Shown: positions 1 through 14,202 of the stretch, piece after piece
Layout: every line of letters starts with the position of its first letter
How positions within the stretch are numbered: the stretch's first letter is position 1
Assembly: GCA_964016885.1 (NCBI GenBank)
Contig: OZ024751.1
Span: 12,214,001 to 12,278,000, forward strand
From: Eledone cirrhosa
Taxonomy: Eukaryota
Direction: 5' to 3'
DNA: 64,000 bases
The notes under the pieces: generated by a model
Seen by the model: the letters and a program-made list of their open reading frames with translations, nothing else
The model's database searches: none
Told to the model about the DNA's origin: nothing
Made by a program: the position numbers and the translations under genes

Positions 1-162
1 GGATGGTGACGATGCTTCTAAGTTTAGGATGTAAGACTATGCTAAATGTTGTGAAAGAGAAAAGGGATTTGATAGCTAGAGAGGAACAGAGAGTAAGATA
101 TAAATAGATAGAGATATAGAGAGTGATAAATGTATGTATATATATATAGATATAGATATATC

Positions 163-258
<96 letters not shown>

Positions 259-808
259 ATGGATAGAGAGGTCAGTTACTCGAATTAAGAGAAATGGTGT
301 TAGAAGAGTAGGTTTGGAGGAGAGGGAAGAGATACTGTGTAATATTTGAAGGGAAAAGATACATTAAAGAGTTGAGAGAGATAGAGAGAGAGAGAATGTG
401 AGACAAAGTTGAATTCATGAGATACTGCGATTCAGAAATGGAAAGATATAGAGTGGGATAGAGAGAAATGATGGAGGTAACATTAGAAAGAATTGGTGGA
501 GATAGTAATTGAGATACATAAAGTGTGAGAGTAATGGAGAGTCATAAAGCGTGTGAGAGAAAGAGAGGAGAGTTCACATATTTAAGGTCGGTTAGTTGCA
601 GGAGAGAAATGCCTTTTAGAAAAGTGATGACCTGGTCAACCTCTCTCACATGCTGTTGGTGACATGAATACTTATCAAACATCAGCAGTGGTGACGGTTT
701 CACAAAGGAAAAAGAGAGAAGCACGCAATTTTTCAATTCATACGCCATTTTGTTTCGAAGTTATTGGGGGATTAATAGAGTCATAGGAGCAAGAGGGCGA
801 GCCTAGAT

Positions 809-857
<49 letters not shown>

Positions 858-1220
858 GAGGGGGGGAGTATGATATAAAGAATGTCTAAGACAGAGCTAG
901 AGAAAGAAAATTAATGCTAAGAGTCAGCTGAAGAAGTAGAAAGAAAGACCAAGTTATTCATAAATATATTTGTTTGTTTGTGTAAGAATTACGAATGTGA
1001 AAGAGAAAACTAGATAAAATTCAATAAAAAAGAAAGAAAGATATAGTAAAAGAATAAGAAACTTTGTGATGATGCATCTTTTAAATACTTTTATAACAAT
1101 GTACTTTTTTGAAAAATTATTTCAACCAAATTCTTACAAGATTTTTCATAGTATTCACTGTAGCCTGGATATCTGAATATTTATATATCTACGAGTATAA
1201 ACTCTGCTTCGAAAGATTAA

Positions 1221-1322
1221 GACGCATCTGAGGATCTTGCGATTTCACAGTCAGTTTCGATCATCGCATCGATCTGGCCTCGGGCTGGTCGCCAGAGAAA
1301 CGATTGTAATATGTGTAATAAA
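1221..1322 (+). ncRNA. Type I hammerhead ribozyme motif (long stem II) followed by AATAAA
   Basis: CTGAGGA 1228-1234; stem II tcttgcga/tcgccaga (one mismatch); GAAAC-gatt-GTA 1297-1308; weak stem I; AATAAA 1317-1322. Confidence 0.55.
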
Positions 1323-1527
1323 TTTTAATTCGTCACACCACTGACTCTCCGTTTCTTATGTGATATTATACTCTGCTCTGTAAGAGCATCAAGTGCTCAA
1401 ACGGCCTACCGCATACGGAGGCTTTAAGCATCACACACCAATTATATATATATGTATATATATATATATTCTTTCCCTAATCTTCTCACACTACTCTTAC
1501 GTGTATCTGTTCTCTCCTTTTTCAAAA

Positions 1528-1562
1528 TTTCCGGAAGAAGACTTCTGTCCGAAACGTTGAAC
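1528..1562 (+). ncRNA. Degenerate minimal hammerhead motif
   Basis: ttc-CGGAAGA-agac ttct gtcc-GAAACGTT-gaa. The core has U4>G; stem I is ttc/gaa. Confidence 0.4.
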
Positions 1563-1781
1563 CTCCACCACTACCACCAAGGATGTCACGTAACTTAATA
1601 TCTTAATTCCTACAACTCTCCCAAAAGAGTCAGTGGTCAAGAAATATCTATCGATACTTATCTATTTATCTACATGTCTTTATATTCATCTATTCCAGAA
1701 ATTCTGCTTGTAATGACTGCGTATGAAACATATGTACGTACACACATATAACTCAATGTATATAGATCCACACATACAATA

Positions 1782-1849
<68 letters not shown>

Positions 1850-3512
1850 ACGCTGCGCGCGCATGCAGGCATGCAAATATATTTACGTAGTAATGTTGTC
1901 TAAATTCCAGTGAAAATCTTGTCTCTATCAGAAACAGTCTCTCTCTCTCTCTCTGTCTCTATTAGTAAAAATTTATAAAATAGAGGAGCATATATACACA
2001 CACTCACATACATACATACATACATACATACATACATACATACATACATACATACATACATACATACATACATACATACATACATACGCACATACGTACG
2101 TACTACATACAAATATACATATATAAATACGTACGTACTACATACTTATATACATATATAAGTACATACAAACATACATAGATACATACATATATACCAT
2201 ACCATGCCATAACATAACATAGAATACATATTTCAGGCAGATATGTGTTTTGTGTCTCTATAACCATTACAGTGCAGTCAGAGTTTAGCAGTAATGTATA
2301 TTTTGGTGCCTTGAAGACGAAAGACAGACACCTCAGCCAATCACACCATTCTAAGATATAAAATAAAAAAGGCAAAAGAAGAAAAACCGATGTGAAAAAA
2401 TACGCATTTCTACTTGTAAAAACAAAAGGTGTTTCTTCATCCATGCAATGAAAGTCAGCTTCGTAGTTTTGTGTTCAGAGGGTATAAGAACTCCAATATG
2501 ATTGGCTGTAGCCAGTTGCCTATATTTTTATGTAGATTTTTACACACATTTTCTAGAATCCATTAGCAATGGCTGAGCTTATAAGAAGGTGCAAAAGATC
2601 GCATGAAATAGAAGAAAGATGTAAAGAGAAGGTTTGTAGTCAGAACCAAGAAGAAAAAAAAAACGAGATTGGGTTGGAGGTTAGGTAGGCATGTTGAGGT
2701 GTTGAGATGTTGATTTATATGTAGGTGTGTAAGTTAGGTAATAGCTATAGAAGTAATGGGGTGGTATCGAAGATAAAGATGGACAAAAAAATTACGCCGA
2801 ACTAACGTTGAAGGAGGTGAAGTAATGGAGTTGATGGAAAGACGAACGTGTTAAGAAGGATTGGAAGACCGAAATAGTGAGAGAGCAGAAGAAGAAGAAG
2901 AATAAGAAGAACAACAACAACAAGAAAAAGGAGGAGAAGAATATGGAAGAGGAAGGGAAGAAGAACAAGACCAAGAAAAAGAAAACGGGGATGAGAAGAA
3001 GAAAAAAAAAGGAAAAGGAGGAGGAAAAGAAGAACAGGTGACATTTCATGGGAGGTTTGGGGGGAGTTTTAGTGATAGAATTCCTTGACATCATGAAAAG
3101 CAAAGGGGAAATAAATAGACTTTCTCGGGGATACAACGTGTCAATCGAGGCCAGGAATCGAACCCAATGCATTATGATAATGAGTTGTAGAGCACCACTA
3201 ACTTCTAAACCATGTGACTAGGAAGCTAGGTAAGAAAAGAAAGTGTGGAGATGTGGTGGGTTGAAGTCATTGGGTAGGTAGGGTGGATAGGAAAAGATGA
3301 ATTCACATTAGAGTTGTTGGAGAGAGTTTGTGGGAGGTTGTGTGTGTGTGAGGAGTGACGTTTGTGACAGTGAAATTGCAAGAAAGAAATGTAAAGGGAG
3401 GAATATAGTCAGAAAGGGGGCAGGGAATATTTTCTGCGATACATAGATATAAACATACAGTTACACATTTGCTCACACGTATACACACATACACATACAC
3501 ACAGACACACAC

Positions 3513-3546
<34 letters not shown>

Positions 3547-3749
3547 TAACGTGTATGCAAGAGTATATGTCTGTGTGTGTGTGAGTATACATCTAGATAC
3601 ATACATATAATCACGTGACTCATACGAAAACAAACAGAGGAAGACACGAAAAACAAACTGACAGTGGCAAACAGATTTAGAGAGAAATTCAAATAATATA
3701 TATATATATATATAAACACAGACACACACGCACACATATATATATATAT

Positions 3750-3840
<91 letters not shown>

Positions 3841-3862
3841 CACAAGTGTATGTATTTGTGTA

Positions 3863-3924
<62 letters not shown>

Positions 3925-4493
3925 TATGTACATATACATGAGTGTGAGAGAGAGACAGACAGAAATGAAAGAGAGAGAAAAATAATATATGTCTGCCAGA
4001 TATTGAGAATAAAAGAGCGCGAATGAGAGAGAAATTGGAGAGAAAGAATGACAGAAATATAAATACAGATATAGTGAGAACATAGTAATAGTAAGGGAGA
4101 GAATTCACATAGAGTCGGGAAGGAGAGCTGTTGAAGTGGCGAGTGACAGATGAGTACGTGTGATTCGTGTCAATAGCCTTTCTGTCAAGCAGGCATGGCA
4201 AGTCTGACATTGCGTAAATAGCCAGTGCACTGCTGTAAGGCAGAGAAAGTGGGGAGTGGGAGGAGGTTGCGGTGCGATGGAGGGAGAGGAAGTGGTGAAT
4301 GTTTCAAGGCTGACCAATCACTAAGCGTTTTCACTTTGATCGGTCAGACAAGAGCTTACGTTTACTTTACTAGCTAAAGAAAACTGCCAAGACAAGCCTG
4401 TCGTATCTTGTCCGTATTGATCTCAATTATTCATCAGACGACGGTGCAGCTAGCTGCTTCATCATTCGTAGAGAAGGGTCTGTGATATATATT

Positions 4494-4548
<55 letters not shown>

Positions 4549-4565
4549 CATATATATATACATAC

Positions 4566-4619
<54 letters not shown>

Positions 4620-4621
<2 letters not shown>

Positions 4622-4893
4622 CGAAGGAAATGTGGTAAGGAACCAGGTGGACCATAACGCACCAAAGTACTCAATACTTGGGGTAGTAGAGTGGGTAATA
4701 GGAACCAGTAAGACCCCGACGGCTGAGCTCAAGCCGTTTCGACGGCTAATTCTGGACCCAGAATTAGACGTCGAAACGGCTTGAGATCAGCCGTCGGGGT
4801 CTTACTGGTTCCTATTACCCACTCTACTACCCCAAGTATTGAGTACTTTGGTGCGTTATGGACCACCTGGTTCCTTACCACATTTCCTTCGTT
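4620..4893. mobile_element. Fold-back palindrome, family A, in (TA)n
   Basis: Arms of about 136 bp with 3 mismatches and apex at 4756-4757. A partial extra copy lies at 4903-4964. Confidence 0.9.
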
Positions 4894-4962
4894 ATATATA
4901 TATCTGGACCCAGAATTAGCCGACGAAACGGCTTGAGCTCAGCCGTCGGGGTCTTACTGGTT

Positions 4963-5046
<84 letters not shown>

Positions 5047-5052
<6 letters not shown>

Positions 5053-5272
5053 TAACAGATTAAAGTTTAAGCAAAGAATCGCTGCTTTCACCCTTAACGG
5101 GATCTTCTGAGTTTCAGAAGATCCCGTTAAGGGTGAAAGCAGCGATTCTTTGCTTAAATTTTAATCTGTTTTTTTTAAATAAATATTTGCTCTACGGTTC
5201 TTATATATTTGATATATATTTATACTTATCGAGCCCTCTTTGGATTTTAGTCTTCAAATTTATTATTATTAC
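5047..5272 (+). mobile_element. Fold-back palindrome (arms about 64 bp, apex 5111-5113) plus a unique tail of about 95 bp ending in (TA)n
   Basis: 5047-5110 is the reverse complement of 5114-5178. The right arm starts CAGAAGA-tccc gttaa gggt-GAAA. A tail-only copy lies at 52625-52718. Confidence 0.85.
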
Positions 5273-5281
5273 TATATATAC

Positions 5282-5364
<83 letters not shown>

Positions 5365-5575
5365 TACATACATATGTATATATAAAAGGAGATTAATATC
5401 CCCACAGGTACTAAGTACCCCTGGAAATATATAGGGTGTCTATGATACAGTGGTGTTCTATGGTATTAATTTGACATACCAGAACTATAAAATTGAGATA
5501 AGCGGAGCAAGTAAAATTCAAACAATTTCTCAAAATAAATAAACATATATAATTTAAATATTTCCCTAATCCATT

Positions 5576-5657
5576 TGCTTTTACCGACGGTTTCACTTTA
5601 TAAAAGATTCGATATCCTAGGGATCTCCAATGGAAATGTTCGGATCATCAGAGAGCA
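5576..5657 (-). ncRNA. Type I hammerhead motif with tail running to (TA)n at about 5385
   Basis: Minus strand reads tgctct-CTGATGA-...-GAAAC cgtcg GTA-aaagca. Stem I is 5/6 bp, stem III ACCG/CGGT, stem II poorly paired. Confidence 0.55.
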
Positions 5658-5852
5658 TTTTCCTTTCCTAGGACAGAAGTCCCGAGAACGGCAAAATATA
5701 TTGCCATCTGCCAGCTAGCACAGGATCGAATGAGGCCGTAAAGTTGACCTATGCATGAACCAGCCCTTAGTAGAAGCAGGAAGTAAACATAGACGTGTTG
5801 TCTATCACGCCACTAAAAATACCAGCTAAATAAAACAACAAATTTGTTCTCA

Positions 5853-5896
<44 letters not shown>

Positions 5897-5963
5897 CGAA
5901 GGAAATGCGGTAAGGAACCAGGTGGACCATAACGCAGCAAAGTACTCAATACTTAGGGTAGTA

Positions 5964-6002
<39 letters not shown>

Positions 6003-6074
6003 TACATACATTATATATATACACATACATGCATCTCAATGGAGCATGCAACTACTGATATACTCATGTTTATA

Positions 6075-6127
6075 GGCTCTGAGGATTCCTGCCATGGTGT
6101 ATGGATGACACATTGTTAGCTAATAAA
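6075..6127 (+). ncRNA. Degenerate hammerhead motif plus AATAAA, with tail ending in (TA)n at 6168
   Basis: ggct-CTGAGGA-ttcc...ggat-GACAC att GTT-agct-AATAAA (A14>C in the core). Confidence 0.45.
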
Positions 6128-6162
6128 ACAATGTATCTCTAAGCACTCTTTGGTTATTCCTA

Positions 6163-6213
<51 letters not shown>

Positions 6214-6215
6214 AT

Positions 6216-6274
<59 letters not shown>

Positions 6275-6371
6275 CACATACATTATATATATACACGTAC
6301 ATATATATATATATTTATATATATTTATATATATATATATATACATACACATATATACATTATATATATAT

Positions 6372-6454
<83 letters not shown>

Positions 6455-6555
6455 TACATACACATACATACATTATATATATGCACATATATATATATTT
6501 ATAATGTATATATATATATACATACATATACATACATTATATACATACATACAAG

Positions 6556-6742
6556 GGTGGTGAATTGGCAGTATCGGTAGAGGGTCGGACGCCATGTTTT
6601 CCACCATATTTACCGTTCATTTACGGTCTGAGTTCCAATCTCGTCGAGGTTAACTTTGTCTTTCAACCTTACCGGGTCGATAAAATAAAGTACCAGTAAT
6701 GAACTGTGTAATTGCTGGCCTTGTGCCAAAAGTAGAAACAAT

Positions 6743-6744
<2 letters not shown>
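6556..6744 (+). mobile_element. SINE family 1 copy
   Basis: Recurrent consensus ttggcagtatcggtagag...gagttcaaatc (B-box-like)...gaggttaactttgcctttcatcc...gtcgataaaataaagtaccag...ggccttgtgccaaaa. Confidence 0.85.
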
Positions 6745-6819
<75 letters not shown>

Positions 6820-6851
6820 GAACTAAAATTTGATCGTTTTAACACTTTGTG

Positions 6852-6891
<40 letters not shown>

Positions 6892-6944
6892 TACACATAT
6901 ATACATTATATATATATATATACACATACATACATATAAATATA

Positions 6945-6984
<40 letters not shown>

Positions 6985-7031
6985 CCCGACGGCTGAACTC
7001 CGGCCGTTTCGACAGCTTCATCCGAACTATT

Positions 7032-7143
<112 letters not shown>

Positions 7144-7199
7144 AAGTGCTAAAACGATCAAATTTTAGTTTAGAACATTTATTAGCTGACAATTGTTTC

Positions 7200-8240
7200 T
7201 TCCAGAGGAAAGTCTGGTTTCATCGGAGCAAAAGGAATGTCGAATACGTGTAACTAGAATCCTAGTAATTTAGAAGATGTAGGGTACATAATTGTTATTA
7301 GTGTCAACGGCATCATGTGGAGATCCAGGAGTTAAAAATACGTTCCGCTTGAAATAACCCAATTACAGGCAGCACTGGTTGGAAGTGTAATCGGTATAAG
7401 TAAAAAAAAAAGCAGAAGCAAAAAAATCACAAGCAAAGAAAACAAACACAAGCAAAAAAACATATGGAAAGAAGTTATAAGCAAGGACAATTGGTGTACA
7501 ATGCAGGAGTCAATACAGTCAATAAGGCATGTATGAGGAAAGAGTTATAATGCAGTTGAAATAAACATATTTTTTTATGGGGTGTTAACGCATGTTGTAT
7601 TTGTTATAAACATTTAAGATAGTGTGCCATTTGTTAGAGAGCCGTGTGGTGATAATGTAGGTATTTTTTGTGTAAGGCGTAAAGTAAAGCACTAGATAGA
7701 GTTAGTTATGTGATTTTCATTTAAGTGTTTGTCTTGTAGTTCGTATTTATGTCCATGTGTTGTTTGTTACTCACAGCTATTAACCATGGGATTATTTTGA
7801 GACGTTTATAGTCAATAGGTGTTTGTTTGTTAAATGTAAATTCCTCCGAATTACTGGCCATGTTGTTATTGTATGTATATTATCTTATGCATTTTTATCT
7901 GTAAATTATATTTTCTAAGGTTTGTATTAACCATTATTAAGCTGTTGATAAGCCGTTAAGTTACTTAATTCATAAGTTTACTCACTAGAGCTTTGTCCCC
8001 CATATGGGGGACAAAACTCTAGTGAGTGAACACCGTTAAATGTTCTCCCTCATATCAAGGATTTGAAGACAATTCATTTTCACCTGACGAGATCAGTGAT
8101 AATCGATTATGACCGCACGATCCATCTATCCCTTATTGAAACAGGTGTCGTGATTAAAATGATTGGAAATTTATTCCACGCCTTCGGATCTTTATTTTGA
8201 TACAAATACTCCGTTTTACATCATCTAGCTGTTCCAATAA
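7200..8240 (+). mobile_element. Probable highly decayed PLE 3' portion (endonuclease region, 3' UTR, hammerhead)
   Basis: Scattered PLE-like peptides in the expected order (RKVWF..SKRNV near 7205, LVYNAGV near 7492, ST..S.YV near 7688, SELL near 7845), followed by an HHR at 8074-8162. Confidence 0.45.
8074..8162 (+). ncRNA. Type I hammerhead ribozyme motif, GUC cleavage site
   Basis: tcattttcac-CTGACGA(8084-8090)-gatcag...cttatt-GAAAC aggt GTC(8147-8149)-gtgattaaaatga. Stem I tcac/gtga extends through tcattt/aaatga after a bulge. Confidence 0.7.
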
Positions 8241-8680
8241 ATGGAATTGGAGATATACAAAAGGATGGAGAACTTAATATTGTTAACAAAAGTTTATTGT
8301 ACCGTATGACACAACCAATAATACACCTTAAATGTCATATGTAAACGTTTTTCAATTAATTGAAAATCCGCTCTTATGTATAGAGGGGAAACAAAGACAA
8401 CTGTAATTGTTACAGACCTTTACTGTTGATGAGATTCAATGAGAGTAAAACTTGTCAGGCTTCCATCTATACTGTTTTTTATAGCAACAATATACACCAT
8501 GTGATGACATTTGTAAAAAAAACAAAAAAACAATGATAGTCTATAGTGGTGGCCCTAACAAAGGAGATTTGATAAGGCCGTATGACCGATGAGAAATAGT
8601 AGTAAACTTTCTGATGTCACAACCTACCATCTTAAAATAGGGAGGGCTATATTGGATAATTCAGTTCTCGATACACTATA

Positions 8681-9065
8681 ATTAATAATTGTTTCTACTT
8701 TTGGCACAAGGCCAGCAATTACCCAGTGCATTACTGGTACTTTATTTTATCGACCCCGTAAGGATGAAAGGCAAAGTTAACCTCGGCAGGATTTGAAGCC
8801 AGAATAGCAAGAGCCGTATCTCTATGCTGGAAAGCATGGCGTCTGACCCCCTACCAATACTGCCAATCCACCAACACTATAATTAATAATTGTTTCTACT
8901 TTTGGCACAAGGCCAGCAATTACTCAGTACATTACTGGTACTTTATTTTATCGACCCCGTATGGATTAAAGGCAAAGTTAACCTCCGCGGGATTTGAACT
9001 CTGATCATAAAGGGATGTAACTATGCTGGAAAGCATGTCCGACCCTCTACCGATACTGCCAATTC
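8681..9065 (-). mobile_element. Tandem pair of SINE family 1 copies
   Basis: Two head-to-tail copies of about 190 bp (8681-8875 and 8876-9065). Confidence 0.85.
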
Positions 9066-10459
9066 AAATGAAAATAAATCAACTGATTTCGGCGAGAATG
9101 ACTTTATAGGATGATAGCTTGATCGAAGCCTTCAACAATAAAAACGGCATAACTCAAAATAACAACAGAGCTGGCCAGTGTGTCCAGTTACAGACCTGCG
9201 AACCTCTAAAAACCCAAATGGGGAGTACCACGTAAAAAAGTGTCCCGAAACGAGGAGAAATGAGGCAAAATGGAGTGATTTTACATAATGAAAGCTATAC
9301 TCATTTTCACAACCAAAGGCATCTCTCACCCTTCTGACGGGGAGATATGCCAGGTCTGCAGTTATCTTCCTCTAAATAGAAGCTAACTGCCATTCAAAAG
9401 AGTGGATCTACATCAATTTAAGCAGTACATCATTGATATCGATCTTTCTGGTTTTGTGAAACCTGTGAAGGCCTTGGTCACTGCCCCTTCTTCCAGGACT
9501 ATCGAATAATAATAAAAAATCTCCCTCTATTTGCTTTAAAAAAACGAAGTACATGTGTGTACAATGTCTCGATAAATAAGCAATTTCCGGTAAATAATTA
9601 ATAATATTAGTAGACCTATTTTTCATATGTCACTTGAGCTGGTAGTGAATGTATAAAATGTATAATCTCAAACCAGCATGTATACATTGGGTTTAACCAC
9701 AGACCCTAGCTAGAACTGGTAACATTAACAAAAAAAAAAATGATAATAACAAATAAAAGTAAAATAATATAGAAATGGGATGAGGCAAAAAAAATGGTGT
9801 CTTCAACAATAGATAAAATATATAAAATATATAAGATATATATACAAAATGATGTCGGCACGTGTTCACAGAATTTGGGACAGTGTGCATGTGTATATAG
9901 AAATGAATGAGGCATTGTGGTGTATATAAGCAGCACAGATGGTACAGCGGTAATAAAAGAAGATTGTATTTTAAAAAAATAATAAATTGAAAGGTGAGAA
10001 ATAATTTAGGGAAGGCTTTTTTTTTTTGTTTTTTTTAGTAATAACTCTATTTACGACTAACACCACCGCCATTAATATCATCAATGACGCCATTGTCACT
10101 GCTAACTTCACAATCACTATCATTGTTACTGCTACCTTCACAAACGATATCATTGTTACTACTACCTTCACTGCCACTAGCTTCTATACCATCACCAACA
10201 CGAGTATTATAACTACATTTTCAACAACATTCGTATTTTCTATAACAGTTATAACCTACCTATACTATCACCAAATCTTTCATTGTCACGACTACTCACA
10301 TAACCACCAACTTTAATACTATGGCCAGCACAACCACCAACACTACCGCCATAACACAACCATTCTGACTCTCCCTTTTATAAGTACCAATCATTGATAT
10401 TCCCAAATATTCTATCACCAGCACAACCAATTGCTTTTTTTTTTTGTTTTTTGTTTTTT

Positions 10460-11365
10460 TTGCAATCATCATCTTCACTACCACAAACATTATGACTAAC
10501 AATTGTCACGACTACCTTTACAGCAACCACTATACTACCTCCAATACTATAATTAATACAACCATTTCCACAGGTCCCTTTACAATCATCATCTTCACTA
10601 CCACACAAACATTATGACTAACAATTGTCACGACTATCTTTACAGTAACCACTATACTACAACCAATACTATAATTGATACAACTATTTCCACAGGTCCC
10701 TTTACAATCATCACCTGCACTACCACACAAACACTATCACTAACAATTGTCATGACTACCTTTACAGCAACCACTATACTACCACCAATACTATAATTGA
10801 TACAACTATTTCCACAGGTCCCTTTACAGTCATCACCTGCACTACCACACAAACACTATCACTAACAATTATCACGACTACTTTTATAGCAACCACTATA
10901 CTACCTCCAATACTATAATTCATACAACCATTTAGCAGGTTCCTTTACAGTCATCACCTGCACTACCACACAAATACTATCACTAACAATTGTCATGACT
11001 ACTTTTATAGCAACCACTATACTACCTCCAATACTATAATTCATACAACCATTTAGCAGGTTCCTTTACAGTCATCACCTGCACTACCACACAAATACTA
11101 TCACTAACAATTGTCATGACTACTTTTATAGCAACCACTATACTACCTCCAATACTATAATTAATACAACCATTTCCACAGGTCCCTTTACAATCTTCAC
11201 CTGCACTACCACACAAACATTATGACTAACAATTGTCACGACTACTTTTATAGCAACCACTATACTACCTCCAATACTATAATTAATACAACCATTTCCA
11301 CAGGTCCCTTTACAGTCATCACCTGCACTACCACACAAACACTATCACTAACAGTTGTCACGGCT
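10460..11365. repeat. Minisatellite, unit about 122 bp, about 7.5 copies
   Basis: Recurrent caatcatca..tgcactaccacacaaaca...ccactatactacctccaatactataatt...ccacaggtcccttta. Confidence 0.9.
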
Positions 11366-11372
11366 TCCTAGT

Positions 11373-11640
11373 GAAGGCGTGTAGCCTAATGCAAAGGGTT
11401 ACGATCATAATTTCGTGGGTTTGATTCCTGGGCTTGGTTGCGTGTTGTGTTCTTGAGCACAACACTTCATTTCACGTTGCTCCAGTATACTCAGCCGAAC
11501 ATGAGTAAGAGCAATAGCTGGCGGCTTAAACATGCAATGGTCTGGTCTCCTGCCCAGGGGGAAGTCTTATACTCTCATTTGCTTCACGCCAAGAAACCGG
11601 GATAAGCATCGGCTTAACGAGCCTTCTGGCTTGAGACTGA
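11373..11640 (+). mobile_element. tRNA-derived SINE family 2 (CORE-like central domain)
   Basis: A/B-box-like head (gtagcctaatg...ggtttgattcc) followed by ttgtgttcttgagcacaacacttcatttcacgttgctccagt. Confidence 0.65.
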
Positions 11641-12925
11641 CTTTAGACTAGACTTATACCTTTACAGCTACCATTAATACCACCACCAATACTATCAGTA
11701 ACACAACCATTGCTACTGGCCCGTTCACGATCATCATCCCCACTACCACCACCATCACCATCACCACCACCACCACAGAAACGCTATCACTAATCCCACT
11801 ATAATTTCTAACATGCCCGCCAATACCACTAAGACTACCATCAGCACCACCTTATTATTTTCATTACACACCACTTTCTCCATTACCATTTTCGCTACAA
11901 GCACAATGGCCACTACAATTTCTACCATATCCGCCACCTTCCGTAACACCACTAATACTACCACCAGCTCCACAATAATCTCCACCTCTCACGATATCGA
12001 AACCACCATTGTTAATTAGCAATTGTATTTGTCCCTAACTACATAACTAGAACAAAACTCCATTATAATTATCACTTCAACCGCCAGGGCCACTAAAATT
12101 TCTACCATGCCTCACACCTTCCATAAAGCCACTAATACTACCACCAACGCCACAATAATCTCCACTTTTCCCGACATCTACACCACCATCATATTCATCC
12201 TAACTAACACCATCATCTATTACCAATTGTATTTCTCCTTTACTACATAACTAGAACAAAACTAACCGACCCGAACCGAAACAGCAAACATAAAGCATCA
12301 TGCGTGGACGTCCACCCGTTTCATACCCAGATCAACACACTGTCTGATCGATTAATTGACATTGTTGTAAATTATTTGTTGTGCAAAGGTGTTACAGAAG
12401 AAAGAACAGGGTATCCGGGTGGGAGGTTAACTTTGCGGAACATTGAAACATGACAAAGAAACATAGGAAAACAAAACCAAAAGGGTGATGTAAAAAGGGG
12501 GCAGAACAAAACAATTATTTAGGCAACCGACCAATGTAATGACTTACGGACCCGACCAGAGAGTCAATACGATCGTCACAAAAAAAAAAGAAGTTCCGGT
12601 AGGTTTTTTTCCTGGGGGGTGGGCTACATAGGCATTCGGGCGTTTCAAATATATTTCAATAGAGGCTGGATGTATGTGAAAAGAAGAGGTATAAGAGGAG
12701 AAAACCTAACTGATGGGGGCCGAGAAGGATGAGCAGATATGTGGAGATATCGATATTGCCAATGTTATTGTAACTGTTGTTTGTTGTTCTGTTCATTTAT
12801 TTCTTTATTTTGATTTTTCTAAAGTTTTATTTTATGATTTCATCATTTGTTATGCTTTTGAAAGTGGGGCGGGATTGTCAGAGCAGGTTTGCTGTATATA
12901 TATATAGATATATATAGACAAATAA

Positions 12926-12986
<61 letters not shown>

Positions 12987-12988
<2 letters not shown>

Positions 12989-13195
12989 TATTAATAAAAT
13001 AGATGTTCTTTTGATCAATTACATTTTATTATACGTATTTCGGATGTACAACAGTACGTCCTCATCAGACAAAATATAAATATAATGACACATGACATAC
13101 CCCGAAATGTTAAATGGTTAAGATTTTTCGTTGAGTGCTTCCAATCTACTGTAAAACTCATTCTTTGACATAGTCATCGAATATTGTTTAACAAG

Positions 13196-13200
<5 letters not shown>
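12987..13200. mobile_element. Family C copy: inverted HHR arm joined directly to the distal tail (right arm absent)
   Basis: Matches 50688-50800 and then jumps to 50925-50998; lies between (TA)n tracts. Confidence 0.8.
13021..13077 (-). ncRNA. Intact minimal type I hammerhead ribozyme
   Basis: Minus strand reads atattttgt-CTGATGA-ggacgtac tgtt gtacatcc-GAAA TACGTA TA-ataaaatgt. Stem I is 9 bp, stem II 7/8 bp, and stem III is the palindrome ATACGTAT. Confidence 0.85.
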
Positions 13201-13262
<62 letters not shown>

Positions 13263-13328
13263 GTATATATAGAGAGAGACAAATATATATATATATATAT
13301 ATTTATATATATGTATATATAGAGAGAG

Positions 13329-13393
<65 letters not shown>

Positions 13394-13522
13394 GAGAGAG
13401 AGTCTGTGGTACTAAGAATGGGGACTACTAATCATGGGAGTACTCGATACATGGGGAGATGTAGAGTGGATATAGAAATATTGAAATTCCCGTCCACTTT
13501 CTGCTGCCGACGGGATTTTTCA

Positions 13523-13596
<74 letters not shown>

Positions 13597-13597
13597 G

Positions 13598-13762
13598 ATG
13601 AGTTTACTCCGGGTTCAATCGGGGGTAACCACAGTAAGTACGATACTCGATACATAACAAATTATAAATATCTAATTTAGAAATGGCTTCTACAAGACTA
13701 GAACTGTGATGATTTCTCACGAATTAAACAGTTCTAGTCCTGTAGAAGCCATTTCTATATTA
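13598..13762 (-). mobile_element. Family D inverted-repeat element
   Basis: tagaaatggcttctacaagactagaactgt ... acagttctagtcctgtagaagccatttcta. Tail 13598-13675 is homologous to the reverse complement of 47040-47112. Confidence 0.75.
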
Positions 13763-13763
13763 A

Positions 13764-13802
<39 letters not shown>

Positions 13803-14202
13803 CATAAGGGCTGAAGTAAGTATAGGTTAATATTTGATGCGGTAATTTGTGTCGTCCACTTCGAACAAAGATAGATAAACATGGTCGTATGACCTATGAG
13901 AAATAGTTGTAAACTTACTGAAAATAAACGAATATTGATTATTGAAGGGTGAATACCTTCTATAAATGTGATAGGGAGAGAGAATGGTGATTAAGGAAGA
14001 GAAGGAGAATTTGGAACGGATGGGGAGTGATTGATATGACAAAGGAGCGTATATAGAACATTGACACACATATATACATATGTATATATATTGATATAAC
14101 AAAGGACCATATAGAGAATATTGACACACAACCACACACACACACACACACATACACACATATACACACACACACATATATATATATATAAGAGAGAAAT
14201 AT

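Noticed and set aside
11373-11440. Possible tRNA gene
   Set aside because: There is no cloverleaf; it is the decayed tRNA-like head of a SINE.
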